64,000 bases of DNA. Source: Oscillospiraceae bacterium (GTDB taxonomy: Bacteria; Bacillota; Clostridia; Oscillospirales; Ruminococcaceae). Shown piece after piece: positions 8,330 to 17,900 of this stretch. Below the pieces are notes generated by a model. The model searched no databases and had not been told where the DNA came from. It worked only from the letters and a program-made list of their open reading frames with translations. Each line of letters starts with the position of its first letter. The first letter of the stretch is position 1. Both the position numbers and the translations under genes were made by a program. Location of the stretch: NCBI GenBank assembly GCA_900752435.1, contig CAADVD010000016.1, positions 70,367 through 134,366 of the forward strand. Direction: 5' to 3'.

Positions 8330-9670
8330 TTAATTTTTACGGGTGAATAGGGCGACAAAAAAGCCGTCGCTGTTCATGAATTGCGGCAAAAAGGTTGCCA
8401 TGTTGTCCTCAATCAATGCACGGCCTTGCAGGGTGGATGGAATGGACAGCGGAGCGAAATTCGGGTGCTCAGCCAAAAATGCGGCGGCAACGTCTTGGTT
8501 TTCCGCACGGTTCAGCGAACAAGTGGAGTAAATCAGGCGTCCGCCTGTTTTGACGTAACGGGCGGCGTTGTCCAAAATGCGCCGCTGAATCGGCAGCAGC
8601 TGGTCAAGTTCCGTTTGGGGTTTGTATTTGATTTCCGGCTTGCGGCGGATGATACCGAGTCCGGAACAGGGCACGTCACAGAGCACCTTGTCCGCAAGTC
8701 CCAATGCTTCATTGTATGCGCCGGCATCGCCTTTTTTGACTGCGAGGTTGCGGATGCCCAGTTTGTCCGCAGTTTTCTGAATCAGCTCCAGCTTGTGGTC
8801 GTAGAGGTCGAAGGCCAGAAGTTCGCCTTGGTTGTTCATGGTCTGCGCCATGGTGAAGCTCTTGGAGCCGGGGGCGGCGCAGAGGTCAAAGACGCGCTCA
8901 CCGGGCTGAGCGTCTGCCAGCTTGGCGCAAAACTGCGAGGAAAGGTCTTGGATATAGAAGTGACCGGCTTGGAATTCCGGAATTTGTTCCAAATTGCCGG
9001 TATGCGTCAGCTCCAGCGCATGTTCGAGGCAGCGGCTGGGCGTGACATGGATGCCGCGCTGTTTGAGGGCGGCAGTCAGGGCTTCGTCCGTGGTGAGCAG
9101 GGTGTTGACACGCGCGGTGAGCGGCGGTCTGCCCATGGAGCATTGCAGCAGTTTTTTGGTCTGCTCATAGGAATATTCGGCCGTCCACTTCTGCACCAGC
9201 CACAGCGGACAGGAATACGCGATGGAGAGCGATTTAAGGTCGTCCGGTTCGCGGATGGTGAGGCGCTTGCCGTCACGGATAAAGCCGCGGAGCACACCGT
9301 TGACAAAGCCTTTGGCGCTGACCTTTTTCACTGCATAGCAAAGATTGACGCATTCATTGACAACGGCGTTATCCGGTATGCTATTTAGATAGAGCAGTTC
9401 ATAAAAGCCCATTTTCAAAATCAGCGCTACCTCCAAATCGAGCTTTTGGCAGGATTTTTTGGAATACTGATTCATCAGGTATTCCAGCGTTAAGTCACGC
9501 TCAATCACGCCGTAAACCAATGCGGTGACAAAGGCGTTGGTTTTCTCCTGTTTGCCCCGCCCTTTGGGGAGAAGCTTGTTTAAGGACAGATTGGAGTAGC
9601 CGCCGTTTCGATACACGTCCAGCAGAACGTCCAATGCAAGCTGTTGTTCGTTTTTCACCATGGTTTTCAT
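8330..9670 (-). CDS. rsmB: 16S rRNA (cytosine967-C5)-methyltransferase
   Basis: NusB-like N-terminal domain plus Sun/NOL1 methyltransferase motifs (DLCAAPGSK, PCSG). Confidence 0.9.
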   Translation of the reverse strand: MKTMVKNEQQLALDVLLDVYRNGGYSNLSLNKLLPKGRGKQEKTNAFVTALVYGVIERDLTLEYLMNQYSKKSCQKLDLEVALILKMGFYELLYLNSIPDNAVVNECVNLCYAVKKVSAKGFVNGVLRGFIRDGKRLTIREPDDLKSLSIAYSCPLWLVQKWTAEYSYEQTKKLLQCSMGRPPLTARVNTLLTTDEALTAALKQRGIHVTPSRCLEHALELTHTGNLEQIPEFQAGHFYIQDLSSQFCAKLADAQPGERVFDLCAAPGSKSFTMAQTMNNQGELLAFDLYDHKLELIQKTADKLGIRNLAVKKGDAGAYNEALGLADKVLCDVPCSGLGIIRRKPEIKYKPQTELDQLLPIQRRILDNAARYVKTGGRLIYSTCSLNRAENQDVAAAFLAEHPNFAPLSIPSTLQGRALIEDNMATFLPQFMNSDGFFVALFTRKN

Positions 9671-9680
9671 CCTGTTCGCG

Positions 9681-10370
9681 TTAACGTCTGCGGTTGTTGG
9701 CTAAGGCCAGCAGACGCAGAAGATTGGCAATGGCCATCAGCAGTGCCGCTACATAAGTCAGCGCGGCCGCTTGGAGCATGCGCTTCGCACCGTCGTACTC
9801 CGCACCCTCCAAAATCATATCTTCGCGGATGGTTTTGAGCGCGCGTGCGCTGGCGTTGAATTCCACCGGCAGGGTGACCAATTGGAACACCACAACGGCG
9901 ACAAACAGCCAGATCCCAATGGTGATGAGCGGTTCAAAGCTCAGGACAATACCGGCAATGGCAAGCGGCCATGCCAGCGTAGAACCGAGCTGCGTGATGG
10001 GAACGATGGCAGTGCGGATTTTGATGGGCGCATAACCGACGTTGTGCTGAATGGCATGGCCGACTTCGTGTGCCGCAACGCCGATGGCCGCCACGGATCG
10101 GGAATTGTAAACGGCATCGGACAGGCGCACCACCGAGGCGGAGGGGTCAAAGTGATCGGTCAGCGAACCGGCCACGCGCTCAATGCGCACGGAGTACAGG
10201 CCGTTCTGGTCGAGGATGCGGCGGGCGATGTCATAGCCGGTAAAGCCGCGGGAATTGTTGAGTTTGCTGTATTTGTTGAATGCAGAGGACACATTCATCT
10301 GCGCCAGTGCAACGATGATGAGCGCCGGTATGACGAACATAATGTAATACTGATCAAAAAACCAAAACAT
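9681..10370 (-). CDS. membrane Zn-metallopeptidase (YpfJ-type neutral zinc metallopeptidase family)
   Basis: HEVGH zinc-binding motif (GVAAHEVGHAIQH) flanked by transmembrane helices. Confidence 0.7.
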   Translation of the reverse strand: MFWFFDQYYIMFVIPALIIVALAQMNVSSAFNKYSKLNNSRGFTGYDIARRILDQNGLYSVRIERVAGSLTDHFDPSASVVRLSDAVYNSRSVAAIGVAAHEVGHAIQHNVGYAPIKIRTAIVPITQLGSTLAWPLAIAGIVLSFEPLITIGIWLFVAVVVFQLVTLPVEFNASARALKTIREDMILEGAEYDGAKRMLQAAALTYVAALLMAIANLLRLLALANNRRR

Positions 10371-10397
10371 AACATTCCTCCTTGAAATTCTGAACCA

Positions 10398-11318
10398 TTA
10401 ACCGAGCAGAGTTCCCTTTTCAATGTGCTGGCCGCGCAAAAAGGCTTCGGCAGGCATGCGCTTGGAGCCTTCAAACTGCACTTCCAGCAGACGGATGGCG
10501 GTGCCATCGCCGCAGGCGACGACAAAGGTTTTGTTGTCGAGCACTTCGCCCGGTTTTCCTGTGCCGTTTGCCAACTGGGATTTGTAGACCTTGAGGCGTT
10601 TGCCCATCAGCGAAGTGACAGCACACGGCCATGTGGACAGGCCGCGAATCTGGTTGTGCACCAGTTGGGCGGGTTTGGTGAAGTCCAGTGCGCAAAGCTC
10701 TTTGGTGAGCATGGGGGCGTGGCTGGCTTCTTCGTCGTTTTGCACGGTGCGCGGCACTTGGCCGGTGTGCACCAAACGGAGGGTATCCAATAAGGTTTGC
10801 GCACCCAGCACGGCCAAGCGGTCGTGCAGTTCGCTGGCGGTTTCATCCTCGCCGATGGCAGTCTCCGATTTTAGAATCATGTCGCCGGTGTCAATTCCTT
10901 CCGCCATGTACATGGTGGTAACGCCGGTTTTCGTTTCACCGTTGAGGACGCTCCATTGAATCGGGCCTGCACCGCGATACTTCGGCAGTAAGCTGGCATG
11001 GACGTTGATACAGCCGTGCGGTGGAACATCCAGAATCGCTTGGGGCAGGATTTTGCCGTAAGCCACGACCACAGCCAAATCCGGTTTGAGTGCGGCAAAT
11101 TTGGCCTGCGCTTCCTCGGTGCGGAGCGTTGCCGGCTGGTAAACCGGAATGCCATGCGAAACGGCCAGCTCCTTGACCGGCGGCGGCAATACTTTATGCC
11201 CTCTTCCCTTGGGCTTATCGGGCTGGGTATACACGGCGATCACCTGTTCGCCGCTGTCCAGCAGAGCTTGCAGGCACGGAACGGCAAAATCCGGCGTGCC
11301 CATAAAAACAATGTTCAT
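10398..11318 (-). CDS. fmt: methionyl-tRNA formyltransferase
   Basis: MNIVFMGTPDFAV N-terminus and formyltransferase HASLLPKYRG motif. Confidence 0.95.
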   Translation of the reverse strand: MNIVFMGTPDFAVPCLQALLDSGEQVIAVYTQPDKPKGRGHKVLPPPVKELAVSHGIPVYQPATLRTEEAQAKFAALKPDLAVVVAYGKILPQAILDVPPHGCINVHASLLPKYRGAGPIQWSVLNGETKTGVTTMYMAEGIDTGDMILKSETAIGEDETASELHDRLAVLGAQTLLDTLRLVHTGQVPRTVQNDEEASHAPMLTKELCALDFTKPAQLVHNQIRGLSTWPCAVTSLMGKRLKVYKSQLANGTGKPGEVLDNKTFVVACGDGTAIRLLEVQFEGSKRMPAEAFLRGQHIEKGTLLG

Positions 11319-11345
11319 GCAGTTCTCCTTGTGATATGAGTTGGG

Positions 11346-11804
11346 TTATCCCTTGACTTTCACCATTTCGGTGGCGATGTCCTTAAATATTTTACCCTCC
11401 AAATGGTCGATTTCATGACAGAAGGCGCGCGCCAGCAAATCCGTACCGGTGATGGTGAATTCTTCGCCGTGACGGTTTTGAGCCTTCACCTTGACCTTGC
11501 TCGGGCGGGTCACCTTGCCGTATTCGCCCGGACAGGACAGACAGCCCTCGGTGTCCGTTTGGCTTCCTTTAGCGGAGACAATGACCGGATTGATTAGTTC
11601 AATCAATCCCTCGCCGATGTCCACAACAACAGCGCGGCGCAGAATGCCGACCTGCGGCGCGGCCAGTCCTACGCCGTCCGCTTTGTGCATGGTTTCGGCC
11701 ATATCGTCGAGCAGTGTCCAGAGCTTCTGGTCAAAATTGGTGACGGGTTTGGAGATTTTGCGCAGAACTTCATCGCCTTCCAGGCAGATGTTACGGATTG
11801 CCAT
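11346..11804 (-). CDS. def: peptide deformylase
   Basis: GLAAPQVG, EGCLS and HEIDHL motifs. Confidence 0.95.
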   Translation of the reverse strand: MAIRNICLEGDEVLRKISKPVTNFDQKLWTLLDDMAETMHKADGVGLAAPQVGILRRAVVVDIGEGLIELINPVIVSAKGSQTDTEGCLSCPGEYGKVTRPSKVKVKAQNRHGEEFTITGTDLLARAFCHEIDHLEGKIFKDIATEMVKVKG

Positions 11805-11834
11805 GATGATTGCTTCCTTTCTTTATGAATCGGT

Positions 11835-14330
11835 TCAGTTGTTGATGTCGCCGTTGACGTCCACATAAACGGTGATGTTGCGAAAGCGCTTGTCCTTGCT
11901 GGTACCCAGCAGGCATGTGCGCAAATACGAACGGAAGACGGCGTTGCAGCGGCATTTGATGAGAATTTTTTGACGATATTTGCCATTTAAGCGATAAATG
12001 GCCGGTTTGATGGGTCCGATGACTTTAAACGCCAACCGGTTTTCATAGCCGCTCAATGATTGCTTCATCAAGCTCAAAAAGGCTTCGGCGGCGGCGGTGA
12101 CATGCTCCTCGCGCAGTCCGGCCAGACTCACCACACAGATGTCACAATAGGGCGGATACAACAGAGCTTTGCGGCTGACGATTTCGTCCTCGTAAAACGC
12201 TGTGTAATTCTGCTCCGCCGCAAAGCGCAGAACGGGATTGTCCGGCAGATATGTCTGGATGTAGGCGCGGCCGGTTTTTTCCGCGCGTCCGCTTCGTCCG
12301 ACCACCTGCGTAATGAGCGAAAAGACGCGTTCCACGCCCCGATAATCGTTGGCGTACAGTCCGGCGTCCGCATCCAGCACGCCGACGAGAGTGACATTGG
12401 GAAAATCCAGTCCCTTGGCAATCATCTGTGTGCCAATGAGGAGGTCGTAATCGCCGCGGCGAAAGGCATCGAACTTTTCGCTGTAAGCATAGCGGGAATA
12501 AGTGGTATCGGTGTCCATGCGCAGGATGCGCGCGGTGGGAAACAAGCCTGCCAGCTCATCTTCAATTTTTTGTGTGCCTTGGCCGGAGAGTTTCAGGTGT
12601 TCGCTGTGACAGGACGGGCATTCGCGCCGGAATTTGCGGGCATGCCCGCAGTAGTGGCACATCAGGTAGCCGTTGTCCTTGTGGTAGGTCAGCGGTACGT
12701 CGCATTTCGGGCATTTGACCACCTCACCGCAGGCCAGACAGCAGGCGATGGTGTTGTAGCCGCGGCGGTTGATGAACAAAATCGTCTGCTCGCCGCGCGC
12801 TAGGTTTTTGGTGATTTCCTGCTGAAGCAGCGTGCTGACGGAAGTCGTGTTGGCATTTTTTTCCTCGTCCTTGCGGTCAACGATGTACACTTCCGGCAAT
12901 GTAGCGTTGGCGTAGCGCTCATGCAGTTCAAACAAGCGGTACACGCCGGTTTTGGCTTTGTAGTAGCTTTCCACCGACGGAGTGGCTGAGGCCAACAGCA
13001 GTACGGCATTGTGACGCAGAATCCGCAGTTTGGCGATTTCGCGAGCATGGTAGCGCGGTGCGGAATCGGATTTGTAGGAGGCTTCCCCCTCCTCATCCAA
13101 AATCACCAGACCAATGCGGTCAAACGGCGCAAATACCGCGCTCCGCGTACCCACCACGATGCTGGCCTTGCCCTGTTTCATGCGCTTATACTCATCCAGC
13201 CGTTCGCCCAGCGACAGACTGCTGTGCATCACTGCGACCTGTTCACCGAACAGACTTTTGAAGCGCTGTACGATTTGCGGTGTAAGGGAAATTTCCGGTA
13301 CGAGCATCAGCGCTTGTTTGCCCTGCTGTACGGTTTGTTCAATGAGCTTGATAAAAACGGAGGTTTTGCCGCTTCCGGTCACGCCATGCAATAGGGCAAC
13401 CTGCGGCTTTCCCTGCGCCATCAGCGAACAGAGGCCATCGTACACCGTTTGCTGTTCGTCCGACAGCACCAAGTCCGACAGGCTCTCCCGTTCCCCAACC
13501 GGCAATTCCGGTGTGCGGAACACCTCGCGTTCATAGTATTCCACAATGCTCTTTTGGCCGAGCTTTTTAATCACGCCTTCCCCAACGGCACAGAAATACA
13601 TGATTTCCCGTTTGGTTGCCGCGCCCACGCCCATTAGAAAGTCCACAACCTCACGCTGTTTCGGCGTGAGCTTCAGTTCGTCCGCCAGCATGAGAAAGCG
13701 CTCGGACAAACGCACCATCTGAATGGTTTTGTCGGATACCTTTTGCTTGAGCTGTTCCTGCTTTTGAATCACGCCTTTGGCGAGCAGGGCGTCCACCACC
13801 GGTTTTTTGACGAGATTGCCGGTGCAGTTTAAAAATTCGTCCAGCTCACGCTGGGTTTTGGCATTTTGTAAAAAGGCGATGAGGTTGCGTTCCTCATAGG
13901 TGAAGTCCTGCAGCTCTTCCTCATCAAATCTGCGGACAAGCCGGTAGGTTTCGGTCACCTGCATCCCATAGGCATTGGGCAGGATGGTTTTCACGGCGTC
14001 ATAATAGGTACAGAAGGTTTGGTTGACCATGAAGTCGGCCATGGCAAACATCTCTTCGTCAAAGATGGGTTCGCGGTCAATCTGCGCAAGGATGGGCTTG
14101 AAGCTGGGAGGCTTTTTGCCGGACGGCAGAGCTTCCTCCATCGGATGGAGATTCATCACCATGCCCTGACGGGCGCGGTTGCCATTGCCGAACGGCACAA
14201 GCACCCGACAGCCGCGCTGGAGCGTCGTGTGCAGTTCTTCCGGCACCAGATAGTCAAAGGCCTTGTCAAAATGAAAGACCGCTTTGTCCACGTGAACTGC
14301 GGCCAACAGGCGCTTTTGCATCATGACCAT
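11835..14330 (-). CDS. priA: primosomal protein N' (replication restart helicase PriA)
   Basis: 831 aa with Walker A (GVTGSGKT), DEEH, a Cys4 zinc-binding insertion and helicase C-terminal motifs. Confidence 0.95.
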   Translation of the reverse strand: MVMMQKRLLAAVHVDKAVFHFDKAFDYLVPEELHTTLQRGCRVLVPFGNGNRARQGMVMNLHPMEEALPSGKKPPSFKPILAQIDREPIFDEEMFAMADFMVNQTFCTYYDAVKTILPNAYGMQVTETYRLVRRFDEEELQDFTYEERNLIAFLQNAKTQRELDEFLNCTGNLVKKPVVDALLAKGVIQKQEQLKQKVSDKTIQMVRLSERFLMLADELKLTPKQREVVDFLMGVGAATKREIMYFCAVGEGVIKKLGQKSIVEYYEREVFRTPELPVGERESLSDLVLSDEQQTVYDGLCSLMAQGKPQVALLHGVTGSGKTSVFIKLIEQTVQQGKQALMLVPEISLTPQIVQRFKSLFGEQVAVMHSSLSLGERLDEYKRMKQGKASIVVGTRSAVFAPFDRIGLVILDEEGEASYKSDSAPRYHAREIAKLRILRHNAVLLLASATPSVESYYKAKTGVYRLFELHERYANATLPEVYIVDRKDEEKNANTTSVSTLLQQEITKNLARGEQTILFINRRGYNTIACCLACGEVVKCPKCDVPLTYHKDNGYLMCHYCGHARKFRRECPSCHSEHLKLSGQGTQKIEDELAGLFPTARILRMDTDTTYSRYAYSEKFDAFRRGDYDLLIGTQMIAKGLDFPNVTLVGVLDADAGLYANDYRGVERVFSLITQVVGRSGRAEKTGRAYIQTYLPDNPVLRFAAEQNYTAFYEDEIVSRKALLYPPYCDICVVSLAGLREEHVTAAAEAFLSLMKQSLSGYENRLAFKVIGPIKPAIYRLNGKYRQKILIKCRCNAVFRSYLRTCLLGTSKDKRFRNITVYVDVNGDINN

Positions 14331-14359
14331 CCTTTCTCCTCCGAGTTACCGCTCGTTTT

Positions 14360-15547
14360 TTACAGCTCCAACAATTGCGTCAGCACGCGGTCGGCCGCTT
14401 CGGCTTTGCTCATTTTGGGGAGCGGAAGCACGCGGTCTTTGGTAATCAGCGTGATGATGTTGGTATCGCCGCTGAAACCGGCGCCCTCTTCTTTTAAGTT
14501 GTTGGCGACAATCAAATCGGCGTGCTTCTTTTGCAGCTTGGCTTGGGAATTTTCCACCATGTTCTGCGTTTCCATGGAAAAGCCGCAGATTTTCTGGCCA
14601 GGACGTTTGTGCTCGCACAGATAGCTTAAAATGTCCGTGGTTCGCTTGAGCGGAAGCGACAGGGTATCGCTGTCTGATTTTTTCATCTTCTCCGCCATGG
14701 TTTGTGCCGGTGTGAAGTCGGCAACGGCGGCGGCTTTGATGACAAAATCGGCTGTTTGCGCGTGTTCACGCACGGCATCAAACATCTCGGCGGCACTGCG
14801 AATGGAGATTACCTTCACCCCTACCGGCGCTTCCAAATTGGTCGGGCCGGAAATCAGAATGGTATTCGCACCGCGCTTGACAGCGGCGCGCGCCAGCTCA
14901 TAGCCCATTTTACCGCTCGAATGGTTGGTGAGATAGCGCACCGGATCGATGTCCTCGCAGGTTGGGCCGGCGGTGACAAGTACGGTTTTGCCGGACAAAT
15001 CCTTTTGCTTGCACAGCGCGTTCATCAGATAGCCGTGCAGAACCTCCGTTTTGGGCAAGCGGCCTTTTCCGATGTCCTTGCAGGCAAGCACGCCCGATTC
15101 GGCTTCAATGACGGTATGACCGAGTTCTTTCAAGGTTTCCAGATTTCGCTGAGTGACCGGATTCTCATACATCGCGGTGTTCATCGACGGCGATACGAGA
15201 ATCGGACAGCGCGCCGCCAACAAGGTGGTCGTCAGCATATCATCGGCAATGCCGTGCGCCATCTTTGCCACCACATTGGCGGTGGCCGGTGCAACCAAAA
15301 AGACATCGGCGCGCTTGGCCAGCGAAACGTGCTTGACATCCCACTCAAAATCGCGTGCAAACGTATCGGTGATACACTTGTTGCCCGTTAAGGTTTCAAA
15401 GGTGAGCGGTGTGATGAATTCCATGGCGTTTTTGGTCATGATGACGTGAACGTCATAGCCCTCCTTGGTCAGACGGCTAGCCAAATCGGCCATTTTATAC
15501 GCCGCAATGCCGCCGGTTACGCCCAGTACAATTGTTTGCTGTTCCAT
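14360..15547 (-). CDS. coaBC: bifunctional phosphopantothenoylcysteine decarboxylase / phosphopantothenate-cysteine ligase
   Basis: N-terminal flavoprotein domain and C-terminal DFP/CoaB domain. Confidence 0.95.
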   Translation of the reverse strand: MEQQTIVLGVTGGIAAYKMADLASRLTKEGYDVHVIMTKNAMEFITPLTFETLTGNKCITDTFARDFEWDVKHVSLAKRADVFLVAPATANVVAKMAHGIADDMLTTTLLAARCPILVSPSMNTAMYENPVTQRNLETLKELGHTVIEAESGVLACKDIGKGRLPKTEVLHGYLMNALCKQKDLSGKTVLVTAGPTCEDIDPVRYLTNHSSGKMGYELARAAVKRGANTILISGPTNLEAPVGVKVISIRSAAEMFDAVREHAQTADFVIKAAAVADFTPAQTMAEKMKKSDSDTLSLPLKRTTDILSYLCEHKRPGQKICGFSMETQNMVENSQAKLQKKHADLIVANNLKEEGAGFSGDTNIITLITKDRVLPLPKMSKAEAADRVLTQLLEL

Positions 15548-15571
15548 TGTACCCTTCTTTCCTTGATGGAA

Positions 15572-15790
15572 TTATTCGATGTCGTCGCCGATGTCATGTG
15601 ATTCAATCAATTTATATTTGCCTTTGGCAAATTCGTCCACGGCAAGCTGTACCGGTTTGATTTTCAATTCCTTGTGCTGTTCCTCGGCTTCCTCGGCAAT
15701 TTCACGGGCGCGTTTGGCCACGGCCACCACCAATGAATAATAGCTTTCTCCGTTTTTCAGAATTTCTGTGCTTGCTGGTCTGTGCATCAT
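15572..15790 (-). CDS. rpoZ: DNA-directed RNA polymerase subunit omega
   Basis: YSLVVAVAKRAREI core. Start moved to the ATG preceded by GGAAAGGAAG (MMHRPAS...). Confidence 0.85.
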   Translation of the reverse strand: MMHRPASTEILKNGESYYSLVVAVAKRAREIAEEAEEQHKELKIKPVQLAVDEFAKGKYKLIESHDIGDDIE

Positions 15791-15837
15791 AATGCTGTTC
15801 TTCCTTTCCTGATTCAATACGGGTTGTTCCGTGCGGT

Positions 15838-16446
15838 CTATTCCGCGATTTGCTTCAAAAACGCCTGCATGCGTTTGGCACTGCTTTTTTCTGCGCGGAT
15901 GATGGCTTCCATGTCCTTGGCGGCTTCGGAAACCGTATCGTTGACCACGATGTAGTTGTATTTGCTCGCCGAATTCATTTCCTGGCGCGCCGTGTTCAAG
16001 CGGCGGCGGATGGTTTCGGAATCCTCCGTCTGGCGGTCAGTCAGGCGGCGTTCCAGTTCCTGCAAGCTCGGCGGCATCACGAAGATGGAAACGGCTTCGG
16101 GGTATTTTTCAATCACCTGCATCGCGCCCTGTACTTCGATTTCCAAAATCACGTCTTCGCCGTTTTCCAGCCGGTCAAACACCGGTTGTTTCGGGGTGCC
16201 GTAGTAGTTGCCGCAGTAGTTGGCGTATTCGAGCATGCCGTCCTGTTTGATTTCGGTTTTGAACTGTTCCTGCGACAGGAAGTAGTAATGGGTGCCGTCC
16301 ACTTCGCCCGGTCTGGGGCTACGCGTGGTGGCGGAGGTGGACAGGAACACCCGGTCCGTATCGGCAAGCAGTTCCTTCAAAATCGTGCCCTTGCCGCATC
16401 CGGACGGGCCGGACACCACCAAAAGCAAACCCTTCTTTTGCTTCAT
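15838..16446 (-). CDS. gmk: guanylate kinase
   Basis: P-loop GPSGCGKGT and GMP-binding motifs. Start at MKQKKG, preceded by AAGGAGAG which overlaps the remA stop. Confidence 0.95.
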   Translation of the reverse strand: MKQKKGLLLVVSGPSGCGKGTILKELLADTDRVFLSTSATTRSPRPGEVDGTHYYFLSQEQFKTEIKQDGMLEYANYCGNYYGTPKQPVFDRLENGEDVILEIEVQGAMQVIEKYPEAVSIFVMPPSLQELERRLTDRQTEDSETIRRRLNTARQEMNSASKYNYIVVNDTVSEAAKDMEAIIRAEKSSAKRMQAFLKQIAE

Positions 16447-16462
16447 TGACTTTTCTCTCTCC

Positions 16463-16723
16463 TTATTCATCGGCTTCTTCTTCATCCTCGTTGTCGTCCA
16501 GACGGTTGGCCACCGTTTCCGGCTGAATGGCGGAAAGAATGACGTGATCGCTGTCCATCACAATGACGGCGCGCGTGCGGCGGCCATAGGTGGCGTCAAT
16601 CAGACAGCCTTTATCACGGGCGTCCTGAATGATGCGTTTGATGGGCGCGGATTCCGGACTGACAATGGCAATCAAACGGTTGGCCGATACCATGTTGCCG
16701 AAGCCGATGTTAATCAGTTTCAT
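16463..16723 (-). CDS. remA: DUF370 / RemA-family regulator (YlzA homolog)
   Basis: 86 aa with an acidic C-terminal tail, in the same position as B. subtilis ylzA between yicC and gmk. Confidence 0.85.
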   Translation of the reverse strand: MKLINIGFGNMVSANRLIAIVSPESAPIKRIIQDARDKGCLIDATYGRRTRAVIVMDSDHVILSAIQPETVANRLDDNEDEEEADE

Positions 16724-16752
16724 GGTTGTTCTCTCCTTCTTCGCATGGACGT

Positions 16753-17631
16753 TTATTCGATGTTTTGGATTTGTTCGCGGATTTTTTCAATTTCAGATTT
16801 GATGTCCACCACATAGCCCGTGATTTCCACGTTCTGCGCTTTGGAACCGATGGTATTTGCCTCGCGGTTCAATTCCTGTACCAGAAAGTCAAGCTTGCGG
16901 CCGACGGCCTCCTCCGATTCCAGCATACTGCGAAACTGCTTTAAGTGGCTGCGCAGGCGGACGGTTTCTTCATCCACGGCGATTTTTTCCGCGTAGATGG
17001 CGGCTTCCATCAGCAGACGCTGTTCGTCTACGGCAGTATCCGCCAGCACCTCGCGCATTTTGGCGGCAAGACGTTCGCGGTAAGCGGTGACCGTCTGTGG
17101 TGCGGCCGCTTCAATTTTTTCAACAAGACTGCCGATGGTATCCAGTCGGGCGCAGACATCCTGCTTCATGCGTTCGCCCTCAACGGCGCGCATCGCCACA
17201 AAGCGCTCCACCGCCTCAGCGGCAACCGTCTGCACATCGTTCCAGATGACCTCTTCGTCCTCCACCGCCTTGCGCACGGAGAAGATGTCCGAAAAACGCG
17301 TTAAGTCGGAAAGCGTCAAATCATCCGCCAAACGCAAGGGTTCGCTCACCTCACGCAGTGCATCCATGTAGCCCTGTGCCAGCGAGCGGTTGATTTCCAC
17401 TTCGGATTCCTTGCCCTCCAGCACAAAGATGGTGACGGCCACATCCACCTTGCCGCGGGAAACGAGCGACTGCACATAGGCTTTCAGCTTTCCTTCCAAG
17501 TAGCCGTACACACGCGGAACACGGGCGGAAAATTCAAAAAAGCGGTGGTTGACCGATTTAATTTCCACGGAGATGTCGCGGCCATTTAAGATTTGCTGGC
17601 TGCGGCCATATCCGGTCATGCTTTTCACCAT
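16753..17631 (-). CDS. YicC/YloC-family stress-induced protein
   Basis: MTGYGRS N-terminus and YicC N/C domains. Confidence 0.9.
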   Translation of the reverse strand: MVKSMTGYGRSQQILNGRDISVEIKSVNHRFFEFSARVPRVYGYLEGKLKAYVQSLVSRGKVDVAVTIFVLEGKESEVEINRSLAQGYMDALREVSEPLRLADDLTLSDLTRFSDIFSVRKAVEDEEVIWNDVQTVAAEAVERFVAMRAVEGERMKQDVCARLDTIGSLVEKIEAAAPQTVTAYRERLAAKMREVLADTAVDEQRLLMEAAIYAEKIAVDEETVRLRSHLKQFRSMLESEEAVGRKLDFLVQELNREANTIGSKAQNVEITGYVVDIKSEIEKIREQIQNIE

Positions 17632-17754
17632 AAGTTTTGATTCTCCTTTTGTCCAGTATGGGCAGAATACGCCGCACCATGCCGATACTTTACCAGTTTA
17701 TGATTCTTATCATTTTAGCATAGTTTTTTTCAGAATACAAGTTTTTGTTCATAG

Positions 17755-17780
17755 ATTGTTTACAACTAATTGTAAACAAT
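17755..17780. promoter_or_regulatory. perfect 11-bp inverted repeat ATTGTTTACAA-CTAA-TTGTAAACAAT (candidate operator)
   Basis: Seen directly, in the divergent intergenic region between yicC and the 17901 membrane-protein gene. Confidence 0.3.
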
Positions 17781-17833
17781 TTTTACTACACGAACTACTT
17801 GCACTGTATTTTTTGAATATCGGTTATTTTTTA

Positions 17834-17862
17834 TTGACAAACAATAATATTCATGCTATACT
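17834..17862 (+). promoter_or_regulatory. sigma70-type promoter (TTGACA, 17 nt, TATACT)
   Basis: Seen directly, upstream of the membrane-protein gene. Confidence 0.45.
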
Positions 17863-17900
17863 GCCTTAACCAAACAATTGTTGGAAGGAATGTGTCGAAT

